From NCBI GenBank assembly GCA_965227515.1, contig CBDDFZ010000001.1, forward strand, positions 416,001 to 480,000: a stretch of 64,000 bases of DNA, in the 5' to 3' direction. The DNA is from Alphaproteobacteria bacterium (lineage in GTDB: Bacteria > Pseudomonadota > Alphaproteobacteria > CALKHQ01). The notes beneath the pieces were generated by a model that was given only the letters and a program-made list of their open reading frames with translations, did no database searches and was not told where the DNA came from. The position numbers and the translations under genes are program-made. Positions 8,883-17,901 of the stretch are shown here, piece by piece; positions within the stretch are counted from its first letter, which is position 1; every line of letters starts with the position of its first letter.

Positions 8883-10465
8883 GCGGTTTTCCTGACCCGT
8901 CTGAGGACGACCAAGTTGAAGAACGACACGCACACCACGACTGTGATGAACAACAGCAGGTAGGCGATGGACGATGACTTGCCGAGGTCGTTCTCGCGCC
9001 AGGCGAAGAACGCGCTCAGCGTCATCGACTCAGTGGCCGTGCCCGGCCCGCCGGAGGTCATGATGTTGGGCAGGTCGACTATTTTGAACGCCTCGATCAT
9101 GCGGATCAGCAGCACGGTCGCGGCGACCGGCAGCACCTGCGGCCACGTGATCTCGCGGAAGATCTGCCAGCGGCTGGCGCCGTCGACCTCGCCCGCTTCG
9201 ACCATGTCGCGGGGTATGTTCTCCAGCGCGGCCAGCATGACCACGAAGATGAACGGGATCCACTGCCAGCTATCGCCGATGATGATGAACATGCGCGCGG
9301 TCCACGCGTCGCTGGCCCAGGCGAAGTCGCCGAGCCCGACCCACTGCCACACCGGCGCCAGCGGCCCCTTGGTGGTGTCGGCCATCATGCGGAACGAGTA
9401 GCCGACACCGATGGGCGTGATCATCAGGGGGATGAAGAACACCACGCGGAAGAACGTGCGGCCCCGTATCTGTTGCGAGCACAGGAACGCGAGCCCCAGC
9501 CCGATGAAGAACTGAATGCCGCAGCCGACGAAGACATAGAACAGGGTCTGGCTGATGGTGCCGATGGTCTCGCCCGCCAGCAGCGTCATCGAGAGCATGA
9601 TGATGATGCCGTAACCGATGACGGCGGTGATCATGCGGCCGATGAAGCCGAGCAACCAGAACTCGCGCCGGCAGTAGTTGACCATCCACCAGATGATCAG
9701 GATGCCGCAGATGATGATGACGGCCCACCCCAGCACGCCCGGCCATGTCAGCTTGCCGAGCACATAAGTCTGCTGCGACCCGAAGAACTGCTTGCCGAAA
9801 TTGTCGAACCAGACCAGGCGGATCCGGTCGAGGCCGGTGAGCTTGAGCCGCGACAGCGAGATGATCAGGGACGCGACCAGCGGGAAGATCGAGAACAACA
9901 GGATCAGAACCACCGCCGGCGTGATGAACAGCTTGCGCGACTGGCTGTCCAGCCACTCGCTGAACCGGACCATCAGCCGCGGCCCTTCGGCCGGGTCCTC
10001 GCCATGCGCGTTCGGCCCGATGGTGCCGCGCAGGAAACCGAGTTCGGCGACGAACCATGCCAGCACCGCGCCGCCCAGGACGACGAAGGCGAGGCTGAAC
10101 GGGCCGGGACTCCACAGGATGGTGTCCTCGTCCGCCCCCTCCGGTCCGATCTGCCAATTGATCGTCGGGTTTTCGGTCAGGATCAGGCAGCGCAGCAGGA
10201 TCAGCAGGCCGACCGGGATCAGCGCGTAATTGCCTGACTTGTCGCGGTCCTGGAAACGTTTGACCGCGATACACAGCAGGAACAGCAGCAGGATGACGTC
10301 GACCAGGGTCGACGCGAAGCGGCCGCCGACGGTCAGCAGCAAGCCGACGTCGAAGCTGCGCCACAGCAGCAACTGCGTGAACAGCGTCAGCAACAGCAGA
10401 TAGCCGACCGCGATCCACCACCCGTGTCGGGGCAGGCGCCCCTGCAATGATAGGAAGTACTTCAT
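8879..10465 (-). CDS. Sugar ABC permease (MalF-like) with an N-terminal DUF805 domain
   Basis: N-terminal FLSLQGRLPR..WW, AVKRFQDRDKSG and GTIGPNAHGEDP (DUF805); C-terminal WQWIPF and EAGEVDGASRWQIF EAA motif. Confidence 0.88.
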   Translation of the reverse strand: MKYFLSLQGRLPRHGWWIAVGYLLLLTLFTQLLLWRSFDVGLLLTVGGRFASTLVDVILLLFLLCIAVKRFQDRDKSGNYALIPVGLLILLRCLILTENPTINWQIGPEGADEDTILWSPGPFSLAFVVLGGAVLAWFVAELGFLRGTIGPNAHGEDPAEGPRLMVRFSEWLDSQSRKLFITPAVVLILLFSIFPLVASLIISLSRLKLTGLDRIRLVWFDNFGKQFFGSQQTYVLGKLTWPGVLGWAVIIICGILIIWWMVNYCRREFWLLGFIGRMITAVIGYGIIIMLSMTLLAGETIGTISQTLFYVFVGCGIQFFIGLGLAFLCSQQIRGRTFFRVVFFIPLMITPIGVGYSFRMMADTTKGPLAPVWQWVGLGDFAWASDAWTARMFIIIGDSWQWIPFIFVVMLAALENIPRDMVEAGEVDGASRWQIFREITWPQVLPVAATVLLIRMIEAFKIVDLPNIMTSGGPGTATESMTLSAFFAWRENDLGKSSSIAYLLLFITVVVCVSFFNLVVLRRVRKTA

Positions 10466-10744
10466 CCTGAAGGTCTTGCGGCCTTGGGCTTGGAGACGTG
10501 ACGACGGCGGGTCACGGCAATGTTCGCTTCATCGCGACGCGCGGGCCCGTCAGGCCCCCGCCAGCGCACGGCGTCCGCCGGGGCGCCCGCAACGGCGGCA
10601 CCTGCAGCGACGGCACCCGAAGCGACGAAAATGTAATTGGAAACGTGTGGCGAGATGGCCGGCGAGCGGACGGCAGCGGCCAAAGGGCTCCACCGTCCGC
10701 TCGTCGACAACATCATATCTCAGCCAACCTGGCTGGCCACCAAC

Positions 10745-12253
10745 CTAGTTGGTGATGCCAAGCGACAGCCGATAGATTTCGAGCTGCTCGTCGCGGCCGA
10801 AATCTTCGGTGATCTCATCCCAACCTTCCTCGATGTTGGCCACCGCTTCTTCGGCGGTGATCTCGTCGGCGAGGAAACGGGCCAGCTCGCGATCCAGCAC
10901 CACGCCGGTGTAGGACTGCGCACCCGGGATGCGGATGTCGGAGGCCATGTTCGGGTGGTTCAGGCTCGCCAGAATGGCGCCGAGGTAGTTCTCGGCCGCT
11001 TCCTGGCTGAAGCCGGCATCGACCCACGGCTGCACGTTCTCAAGCTGGGACACCCGGTACGGGTTGTAGCCGGTCCAGCCCTGGGTGACGTCGTAGTTCG
11101 ACTGAGCCGCCTGGTTCATATACGACAGGAAGTCATAGGCTGCCTGCTTGGTCAGGTCGTCGGCCGCGGCGTTGATGCCACCGGACCAGCCACCGAACGC
11201 GGCGAACGGCGAGTAGTTGATGCCGTCCTCGGCGTACGGGCAGATTTCCGGCGTGCAGTCGACCAGCTCGCCGCTCTCACGGTCCAGCACGCGGCTGGTG
11301 CCCGGCATGATGATCGCGCCCATCTTGTCGCGAATCGCTTCCGCGTTCGGATCGATGGACAGCGGGCCGATGTCGCCCCAGTCGATGGCCAGCGCGCAAC
11401 GGCCGGTGGTGACCAGCGCACGGGTGTCGCCGATGTCGTGGTTCAGCTCATCCGGCGGGCCGTACTCGCCGGTCGCCTTGTAGATGCGGAACGCCTCGGC
11501 CCACGCCTCGTTGTTGACGATCGGGTCCATGGTCTCGGTGTCGAAGTAGATGCCCTGGCCGGTGCCCTGGGTCTGCACGAAACCGGCGGCAATCGACATC
11601 ACCGCAAAATAGGACTGCGCGTTGCGCTTCTTGAAGATGCACGAACCGTAGTCGGGCTCGCCGTCACCGTTCATGTCCATGCCGTGTGCCGCGGCGGCGA
11701 CGGCCATGTACTCGTCCCAGTTCCGGGGCGGCTCCATGCCGAGCTCGTCAAGCACATCGGTGCGGTAGTACAGCATCTGGAAGTCGCCATCGATGGTGAC
11801 CTGATAGAAGCTGCCGCCGATGTTCATGGAATAGTCGCGGAAATACGGCGCGATGTCGTCAAGGTCGATCAGGTCGTCCTCGGCGATGTAGGGGTCCATG
11901 TTCTCCAGCAGGCCGGCATTCACCAGCTCCACGCCCCAGCCGGCCTGGTAGACACCGATGTTGATCGAGTTGGTGCCGGTCTCCCAGTCGGTCAGCAGCT
12001 TCTGGAACAGCTCCGCGAACGGCACTTCGTTGACGTTCACCTCGGCGCCGGTCATCTCGGTGAATTCCTCGCCGCGCTCAACCATGCGCTGTGCGATCAC
12101 CGGGCCCGGGCGGGTCAGGATTTCCAGCGTAACGCCCTCATAGGGCTTCTCTTGCGCGTTCGCCGCGCCGGCCAGCGTCATCACCAGCCCGACAGCGGTG
12201 AGGCAGCCAGCCCCCACACGCCACCTGTTGACGGTCTTCGCCCTCACGTCCAT
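10745..12253 (-). CDS. Sugar ABC transporter substrate-binding protein
   Basis: Signal peptide (AANA-Q), YYRTDVL, PPRNWDEY; co-oriented with the permeases. Confidence 0.9.
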   Translation of the reverse strand: MDVRAKTVNRWRVGAGCLTAVGLVMTLAGAANAQEKPYEGVTLEILTRPGPVIAQRMVERGEEFTEMTGAEVNVNEVPFAELFQKLLTDWETGTNSINIGVYQAGWGVELVNAGLLENMDPYIAEDDLIDLDDIAPYFRDYSMNIGGSFYQVTIDGDFQMLYYRTDVLDELGMEPPRNWDEYMAVAAAAHGMDMNGDGEPDYGSCIFKKRNAQSYFAVMSIAAGFVQTQGTGQGIYFDTETMDPIVNNEAWAEAFRIYKATGEYGPPDELNHDIGDTRALVTTGRCALAIDWGDIGPLSIDPNAEAIRDKMGAIIMPGTSRVLDRESGELVDCTPEICPYAEDGINYSPFAAFGGWSGGINAAADDLTKQAAYDFLSYMNQAAQSNYDVTQGWTGYNPYRVSQLENVQPWVDAGFSQEAAENYLGAILASLNHPNMASDIRIPGAQSYTGVVLDRELARFLADEITAEEAVANIEEGWDEITEDFGRDEQLEIYRLSLGITN

Positions 12254-12475
12254 TGGGTTTCCTCCTCTTGGTACCCGATTTCTTGTTCAGATTGCCGGAA
12301 GTCCCCGCGTCGCCCGCACGTCGGTCGTCGCATTCCCCCAGAACCTTTTCCTACGCTAGTTCGAAACGGCAGATAAGACAATCGGCAGCGTCGGTTCAAG
12401 CGCCATGGGTACCGCAGCCGCCGCGAAAACGTTTAACTAACTGGTTATGGCATTGCGCCTTGTGACACGCCGTGG

Positions 12476-13681
12476 CTAGACGCCGTCGAGATCGAGCGTG
12501 CAGTCCTGCCAGGTGCCGCCCTCGGCGTTCGACTTCGCCGCCGCGGCCACGAACTTGATGCCCCGCGCCCCATCCTCCACCGTGGGAAACTCCACCAGGC
12601 CGGCCGGCAGGTCCAGACCGTCGCGCCGCGCCTCGATGGCGACCCCGAGCTCGGTGTACAGGTTGGCCCAGGCCTCGAACCAGCCTTCGGCATAGCCGCG
12701 CGGCAGGGTGACGTAGCGCTCCATTTCCGCCGCCATGCCGCCGCCATTGCCGCGGGTGATCAGCCGGGTGGCCTCGCCAAGCGGGGTGTGCGCCAGCTGC
12801 TCGGAGCGGTGCTGCATCCACTCCAGGCTGCCGTCGTCGCCATAGACGCGCAGTTGCAGGCCGCCACGGGTGCCCGCCGCGACCTGCGTCACCATCAGCG
12901 TGCCGGGCACGTCGCCGGCGAAACGCACGTTCATGAACGCGGTGTCGTCCATCGGTTTCGGCCGGCTGCAGACGTGGAACTCGGCGCGCAGCTTCTCCAT
13001 CTCCAGCCCGCTGACGAAGGTCGACAGATGCCAGGCATGGGTGCCGATGTCGGCGGCGGTGCTGGCCATGCCCGATTGCTCCGGCTTGGTCCGCCAGGCG
13101 AACTGCTTGCCTTCCTCCGCGCCCGGCATCGCCAGGAACTCGTCGAAATACTCGACGTGGATCTGGCGCAGCCGCCCGACCGCGCCGTCGGCCACCATGC
13201 GGCGCATCTGGCGCACCATGGCGTTGGCGGCGAAGGCGTGGGTCACGCCGAAGACGACGCCGGCCTTGCGGGCCCGGGCGACCAGGTCGACCGCGTCCTC
13301 CAGGGTGGTGGTCAGCGGCTTGTCGCAGATCACGTCGATGCCGGCGTCCAAGAACGCGCAACAGATCTCATAGTGGCTGTCGTTGGGGGTGACGATGCAC
13401 ACGGCGTCGATGCCGTCCTCGCGCGCCGCCTCCTTCGCCGCCATGTCGCGATAGTCGGTGTAGGTGCGGTCCTCGGGCAGGAACCATTCCTTGGCCGATG
13501 CGATCGCCACTTCGGGGCGGCGCGACAGCACGCCGGCGGCGATCTCCCACCGGCCGCTGATGCGCGCCGCCGTGGCCTGGATGATGCCGATGAACGCCCC
13601 CTGGCCGCCGCCGACCATGCCGAGCCTCAGGCGCCGCCCCGGTTTCGGAAACCCGCCCTCGAGCGCAAACATATCGGCCAT
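12476..13681 (-). CDS. Gfo/Idh/MocA family oxidoreductase
   Basis: LGMVGGGQGAFIG, VTPNDSH, ICDKP, DIGTH. Confidence 0.92.
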   Translation of the reverse strand: MADMFALEGGFPKPGRRLRLGMVGGGQGAFIGIIQATAARISGRWEIAAGVLSRRPEVAIASAKEWFLPEDRTYTDYRDMAAKEAAREDGIDAVCIVTPNDSHYEICCAFLDAGIDVICDKPLTTTLEDAVDLVARARKAGVVFGVTHAFAANAMVRQMRRMVADGAVGRLRQIHVEYFDEFLAMPGAEEGKQFAWRTKPEQSGMASTAADIGTHAWHLSTFVSGLEMEKLRAEFHVCSRPKPMDDTAFMNVRFAGDVPGTLMVTQVAAGTRGGLQLRVYGDDGSLEWMQHRSEQLAHTPLGEATRLITRGNGGGMAAEMERYVTLPRGYAEGWFEAWANLYTELGVAIEARRDGLDLPAGLVEFPTVEDGARGIKFVAAAAKSNAEGGTWQDCTLDLDGV

Positions 13682-13807
13682 CGCCGTCCTCCCCCTTTTT
13701 CACGCGCGCGGCGTAGACCAAGTCCAACTACCGCTCAACACTAGTCGACGCCCTCGGCCTTGTGCCGAGTGCATCAAGGTTTTGGGTCGCGCAAACACCC
13801 TCTGTCG

Positions 13808-14692
13808 TCAACGCCACCAGTGGTTGGACCCGACGTCCTTGCGTGCCGACTGCAGCCGGCTGGGATCGACGATGCCGTCGTCCTCGATATCCAGCAGATA
13901 GCGGTGGGCCGGGCTCATGCGGTCATAGAGCGCGGGCGTCAGATGGGCGCGCTGCACCAGTTGCTGCGGCAGGTCGCGCCGGGTGTAGGTCAGGTGCAGC
14001 ACCCGCCGGCGCTTGCCGCTGGTGTTCAGGGTGCCGGCGTGCCACAGGCTGGAATTGATGATCGCCACGCTGCCGCGCGGTGCCGTCAGCTTCACCTCGC
14101 CGGGATAGGGTGCCGACAGGTCGTCGGGCACCCGGGCCGCGTCCTCGGGCGACAGCGGCCCCGGTTCCCAGTCGCCCTGGTTGACGTAGGGCACATTGAT
14201 CGGCGCCCAGAGATGCGAGCCCGGCACCACCCGCGGCGGCCCGTTGTCGGCCACGATGTCGTCGAAGGCGACGATGGCGTTGGTCACCCACCAGTCGCGC
14301 GGGTGCAGCTTCGGGCAGTCGACGTGCAGGTCCTGGTGGCCGCCGCCTTTCAGCGGCTCGCGCAGATTGGCGCCATGCACCTTGAAGTCGCCGAGCAGAT
14401 AGTGGGTCGCCGCCAGCAGCGGCGCGATCTCCAGGCAAGCGTCGAACGCGTCGGACTTATTGAAGATGTCGGAGACCCGGCGCGCCGTGGGCTCGACATG
14501 GACCTCATGCCCGCCCTCGTCGCCCTCCACCGCCGACAGCCGGTCGAACGCCTCGCCCATCGCCGCGCACTGCGCCGCATCGAACACGCCCTCGCGCACG
14601 AAAAAGCCGTCCGTGTCCAACTTCGCCCGTTCGGCGGCGATCATGGCATCGTCGTCCACGCCCAAGGCTTGAAGTGCTGATGTCGTGTCCAT
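13808..14692 (-). CDS. Phytanoyl-CoA dioxygenase (PhyH) family Fe(II)/2OG oxygenase
   Basis: DGFFV, LHVD (HxD), NGPPRVVPGSH, LWHAG...R. Confidence 0.88.
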   Translation of the reverse strand: MDTTSALQALGVDDDAMIAAERAKLDTDGFFVREGVFDAAQCAAMGEAFDRLSAVEGDEGGHEVHVEPTARRVSDIFNKSDAFDACLEIAPLLAATHYLLGDFKVHGANLREPLKGGGHQDLHVDCPKLHPRDWWVTNAIVAFDDIVADNGPPRVVPGSHLWAPINVPYVNQGDWEPGPLSPEDAARVPDDLSAPYPGEVKLTAPRGSVAIINSSLWHAGTLNTSGKRRRVLHLTYTRRDLPQQLVQRAHLTPALYDRMSPAHRYLLDIEDDGIVDPSRLQSARKDVGSNHWWR

Positions 14693-14719
14693 GTGGTGGG
14701 CTCCTTCCAATACCGGCCT

Positions 14720-15943
14720 CTATGCCAATGGCCCGTCGCCCGTGGTGCGCCGGGGCGCCAGCGCCAGCCGCCCCATCACCGTATAGCGGGTGGCGCCGCT
14801 GCACGCCGGAATGTTGTTGGCGACACGGTTCTTAGCCGCGAACGCCAGCGTAGCGAATTTGATCGCCTCCTTGAACTGCGCCGGGATGCCGAATTCGTCG
14901 GTGGTGGTGAGCCTGACCCTGTCCGGCAGCTTGCCGGCGATGAAGCCCATCAGCGCCTTGTTGCGGCTGCCGCCGCCGCTGGCCGCCACCAGGTCGATGC
15001 CGCCCAAGTCCGGGATGTAGTCGCGCAGCGCAATCGCGATCGATTCCGCAGTGAAGGCGCAGAACGTCGCCATCACGTCCTCGTCGGGCAGGTGCGCATA
15101 CTTTTCGATCATGCCGTCGCAATAGGCGGCCCCAAAGTCGAGCTTCCAGGCGCTGCGCGGCGGCGGGCGCTTGAAATAGGGATGGCTCAAGAGGTCGGCC
15201 ATCATCTCCGGGTTGACGGTGCCGGACGCGGCAATCGAGCCGTCCGGATCGTAGGCCTTGCCGAACACCCGCCGTGCGGTGTGGTCCAGCATCACGCAAC
15301 CGGGGCCGGTGTCGAACGCCATCATCTTGCGGCGGTCCGGATTGGCGAGCTGGAAATTGGCGATGCCGCCGATGTTGAGCGTCAGCATCGGGCGCTCGTT
15401 GCGGAACGCCACATAGTCCAGATACTGCATCAGCGGGGCGCCGGTGCCGCCGAAGGCATGATCGGCGGCGCGGAAGTGCGAGACCACGTCGATGTCGGTG
15501 TTGCATGCGACGACCGAGGAGTCGCCGATCTGCAGCCCGCAGGCATAGGGGCCATCCAGCCAGCGGCCGACCAGGTCGTCACCGTTCGGATCGACCTCGT
15601 CCAAGCGGGCATGGTCCGGCGGCTCCTGGTAGATGGTCTGTCCGTCATAGCCGATGACGAACACGTCCTCCGGCCTGGTGCCGGTCTGGCGCAGCAGGGT
15701 GCGCGCGGCCTCCGCATAGCAGGCGCCGGCAATGTAGTTCAGCCGGGTCAGGTCGAAGATCGACAGCTCGTTGACGAACGCCTTCTGGACCAGGGCCTCG
15801 ACCTTCTCAGGCCATGAATGCGTATAGCCCTCGACGAATCGCGGCCGCGTCGGATGCCCATCGTCGGCAAGGTCGGTCTCGGCCAGCACGGCATCGATGC
15901 CGTCGAACGACGAGCCGCTGTTCAGGCCCAGGATCAGCGCCAT
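14720..15943 (-). CDS. Anhydro-N-acetylmuramic acid kinase / levoglucosan kinase family protein (divergent)
   Basis: GLNSGSSFDGID, GQTI, GGTGAPL, NIGGIAN, FDTGPG, SGGG, KEA. Confidence 0.88.
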   Translation of the reverse strand: MALILGLNSGSSFDGIDAVLAETDLADDGHPTRPRFVEGYTHSWPEKVEALVQKAFVNELSIFDLTRLNYIAGACYAEAARTLLRQTGTRPEDVFVIGYDGQTIYQEPPDHARLDEVDPNGDDLVGRWLDGPYACGLQIGDSSVVACNTDIDVVSHFRAADHAFGGTGAPLMQYLDYVAFRNERPMLTLNIGGIANFQLANPDRRKMMAFDTGPGCVMLDHTARRVFGKAYDPDGSIAASGTVNPEMMADLLSHPYFKRPPPRSAWKLDFGAAYCDGMIEKYAHLPDEDVMATFCAFTAESIAIALRDYIPDLGGIDLVAASGGGSRNKALMGFIAGKLPDRVRLTTTDEFGIPAQFKEAIKFATLAFAAKNRVANNIPACSGATRYTVMGRLALAPRRTTGDGPLA

Positions 15944-16075
15944 GGCATTCCTCCCAACATGTTGTTTTCCCGATCTAGACGGGCAGCGCCCCGACAAGTC
16001 AATATGACTGCCGCATTGCATCAACGCATCGCGCCGTCATGGCGCGGCGCACGACCATTCGACCGAGGGCGCACA

Positions 16076-16798
16076 TTGTCATCCAACGTACCGGCGTCAT
16101 CCAACGTACCGGCGTCATCCAACGTACCGGCACTGGCGGTTGTTTTCGATTGCGACGGCGTGCTGGTGGACAGCGAGGCGCTGGCCTATCGCGTCGCCGG
16201 CGATGTGCTGGCCCGCCACGGCGTGGACATCGAAACAGACGTCCTGATGAGCCGGTTTCTCGGCCAGCCGCTCACCACCATGACCGCGGTGTTGTCGGAT
16301 GAGCATGGCGTCGACCTGTCGACCGGCTTCGAGCCCGATATGCGCGCCCAGATGCTGGTGGCGATGGAAACCGTCGATCCGATCCCGGGGATCGACGACC
16401 TGCTCGCCGGCCTGGGCGTGCCCCGCTGCGTCGCCTCCAGCAGCGAGATCGTGCGGGTGGAGACCGCGCTGACGTCGACCGGATTGATCCGCCATTTCAA
16501 CGGCCACCTCTACACCGCCGAGATGGTGGCGCGTCCGAAGCCGGCGCCCGACCTGTTCCTGCATGGGGCGGCCCGGCTCGACACGCCGCCCGAGCGTTGC
16601 GTCGTGGTGGAAGACAGCACCTCCGGCGTCAAGGCGGCGATCGACGCCGGGATGACGCCCATCGGCTTCGCCGGCGGCAGCCATGCCATCGGCGACGGGT
16701 TTCGCGATCGCCTGCGCGCCGCCGGCGCGGTGGAGATCGCCGAGGACACCGACGAGCTCGCCGCCGCATTGCACGCCCGGCTGGCCGGCCGCGCCTGA
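16076..16798 (+). CDS. HAD-IA family hydrolase (sugar-phosphate phosphatase-like)
   Basis: FDCDGVLVDSE, VASSS, KPAPD, VVEDS. TTG start after GAGGG. Confidence 0.88.
   Translation: MSSNVPASSNVPASSNVPALAVVFDCDGVLVDSEALAYRVAGDVLARHGVDIETDVLMSRFLGQPLTTMTAVLSDEHGVDLSTGFEPDMRAQMLVAMETVDPIPGIDDLLAGLGVPRCVASSSEIVRVETALTSTGLIRHFNGHLYTAEMVARPKPAPDLFLHGAARLDTPPERCVVVEDSTSGVKAAIDAGMTPIGFAGGSHAIGDGFRDRLRAAGAVEIAEDTDELAAALHARLAGRA
16078..16131 (+). repeat. Perfect in-frame 18-bp tandem repeat x3 (GTCATCCAACGTACCGGC; SSNVPA x3)
   Basis: Three exact copies at 16078, 16096 and 16114. Confidence 0.95.
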
Positions 16799-16829
16799 AA
16801 CCCCCGGCTGTGCGGCGGGCGCGAGTGGC

Positions 16830-17861
16830 TTACATCCAGCGCGCGATCATGCGGTGCTGCACATTGGCCAAGGCGGCGGTGCGGTAATAGGCCAGCAGTT
16901 CCCGCAGCGGGTCGGCCATGCGGTCGACGCCCGATATGAACGCCACCACCACGCCGATGGTGGTCTCGCCCTGCAGCGCCAGATAACCGCCGACCAGCAG
17001 CACGCCCAGCGGCGCGAAGGCCGACAGCACGTTGCTGAGACCCTTCATCATGAACTTCAGCACGAATGTGCGCATGCGGTTGGCATAGATGCGCCGCAGC
17101 TTGCCATCCAAGTCCTTCTGTTCGGACCTGTCGTCGCCGTCCCCGCCTGCGTTGTCCCTGCCCGCGTCGTCCATCTCGGCCACCATGTCGCCGAGCTCGC
17201 GCATCAGCGCCACCCGCCGCTCCACCAGGCGGTTGATGTAGTGCTGCACCACCGGCACCAGGATCGCCTGCGGCACGATCAGCACCAGGCTGACCAGCGC
17301 GACCACCGGCTCCACCACCACCATGTACCCGCCGATGGCCAGCAGGATGCCGACATTGACGGTCGGCTGCGACAGGCCCTCGCCAACGAAACCGCCCAGC
17401 TTGTCGATCTCCGGGCCGATCACCGAGACCGCCTCGCCGCTGTGGCGGTCGCCGTCGTCCTTCTTGTCCGCGCCGTCGGCGGCGTCCTCACTCGCCTGCG
17501 ATGCCCGCCGCCGGTAGATGCGCGACAGGGTGATGCGGTTGAACCTGATGGCGCTCTCGCTCAGCCAGCCCTGGTACATGCGCAGCACGAACTTCAGGCC
17601 GGCATGGACAAGGATCACACCGGCATAGACGGCGCCCAGAATCAGGATCGCCTCCATGTCGAATTCCTGGCCGATGCCGTTGATGATGCGCCGCTGCAGT
17701 TCCAGCGGCACCATGCTGAGCGCGGCCACCACCAGGGCCAGGCCGCAAATCGCATACTGATGGCGGCCGCTCATCCGCCAGACATAGCCGAGCAGGGTCG
17801 CCGAGGGCTTGCCGTCGCCGCCTTCGTCGATCTGTCGTGGGGGGATCGATAAGCCGAGCAT
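16830..17861 (-). CDS. ABC exporter transmembrane-domain-only protein (no ATPase domain)
   Basis: YVWRMSGRHQ, VPLELQRRIIN, six TM segments, TTIGVVVAFISG. Ends without Walker motifs. Confidence 0.75.
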   Translation of the reverse strand: MLGLSIPPRQIDEGGDGKPSATLLGYVWRMSGRHQYAICGLALVVAALSMVPLELQRRIINGIGQEFDMEAILILGAVYAGVILVHAGLKFVLRMYQGWLSESAIRFNRITLSRIYRRRASQASEDAADGADKKDDGDRHSGEAVSVIGPEIDKLGGFVGEGLSQPTVNVGILLAIGGYMVVVEPVVALVSLVLIVPQAILVPVVQHYINRLVERRVALMRELGDMVAEMDDAGRDNAGGDGDDRSEQKDLDGKLRRIYANRMRTFVLKFMMKGLSNVLSAFAPLGVLLVGGYLALQGETTIGVVVAFISGVDRMADPLRELLAYYRTAALANVQHRMIARWM

Positions 17862-17901
17862 TGCGCCCGCGCGCCAGTGGCTCAGGCGGCGCGGCCCATG
17901 G

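Noticed and set aside
10466-10744. Intergenic region between the SBP and permease genes as an sRNA or small gene
   Set aside because: Only a GC hairpin (GCGAGCGGACGG/CCGTCCGCTCGT) of the kind common after SBP genes; no recognisable RNA family or convincing ORF.
10637-12376. Long antisense or alternative-frame ORFs (e.g. 10637-12376, 37765-39663, 49015-50829, 51466-53979, 61972-63654)
   Set aside because: They are shadow ORFs typical of high-GC DNA, overlap well-supported genes, and show no recognisable motifs.
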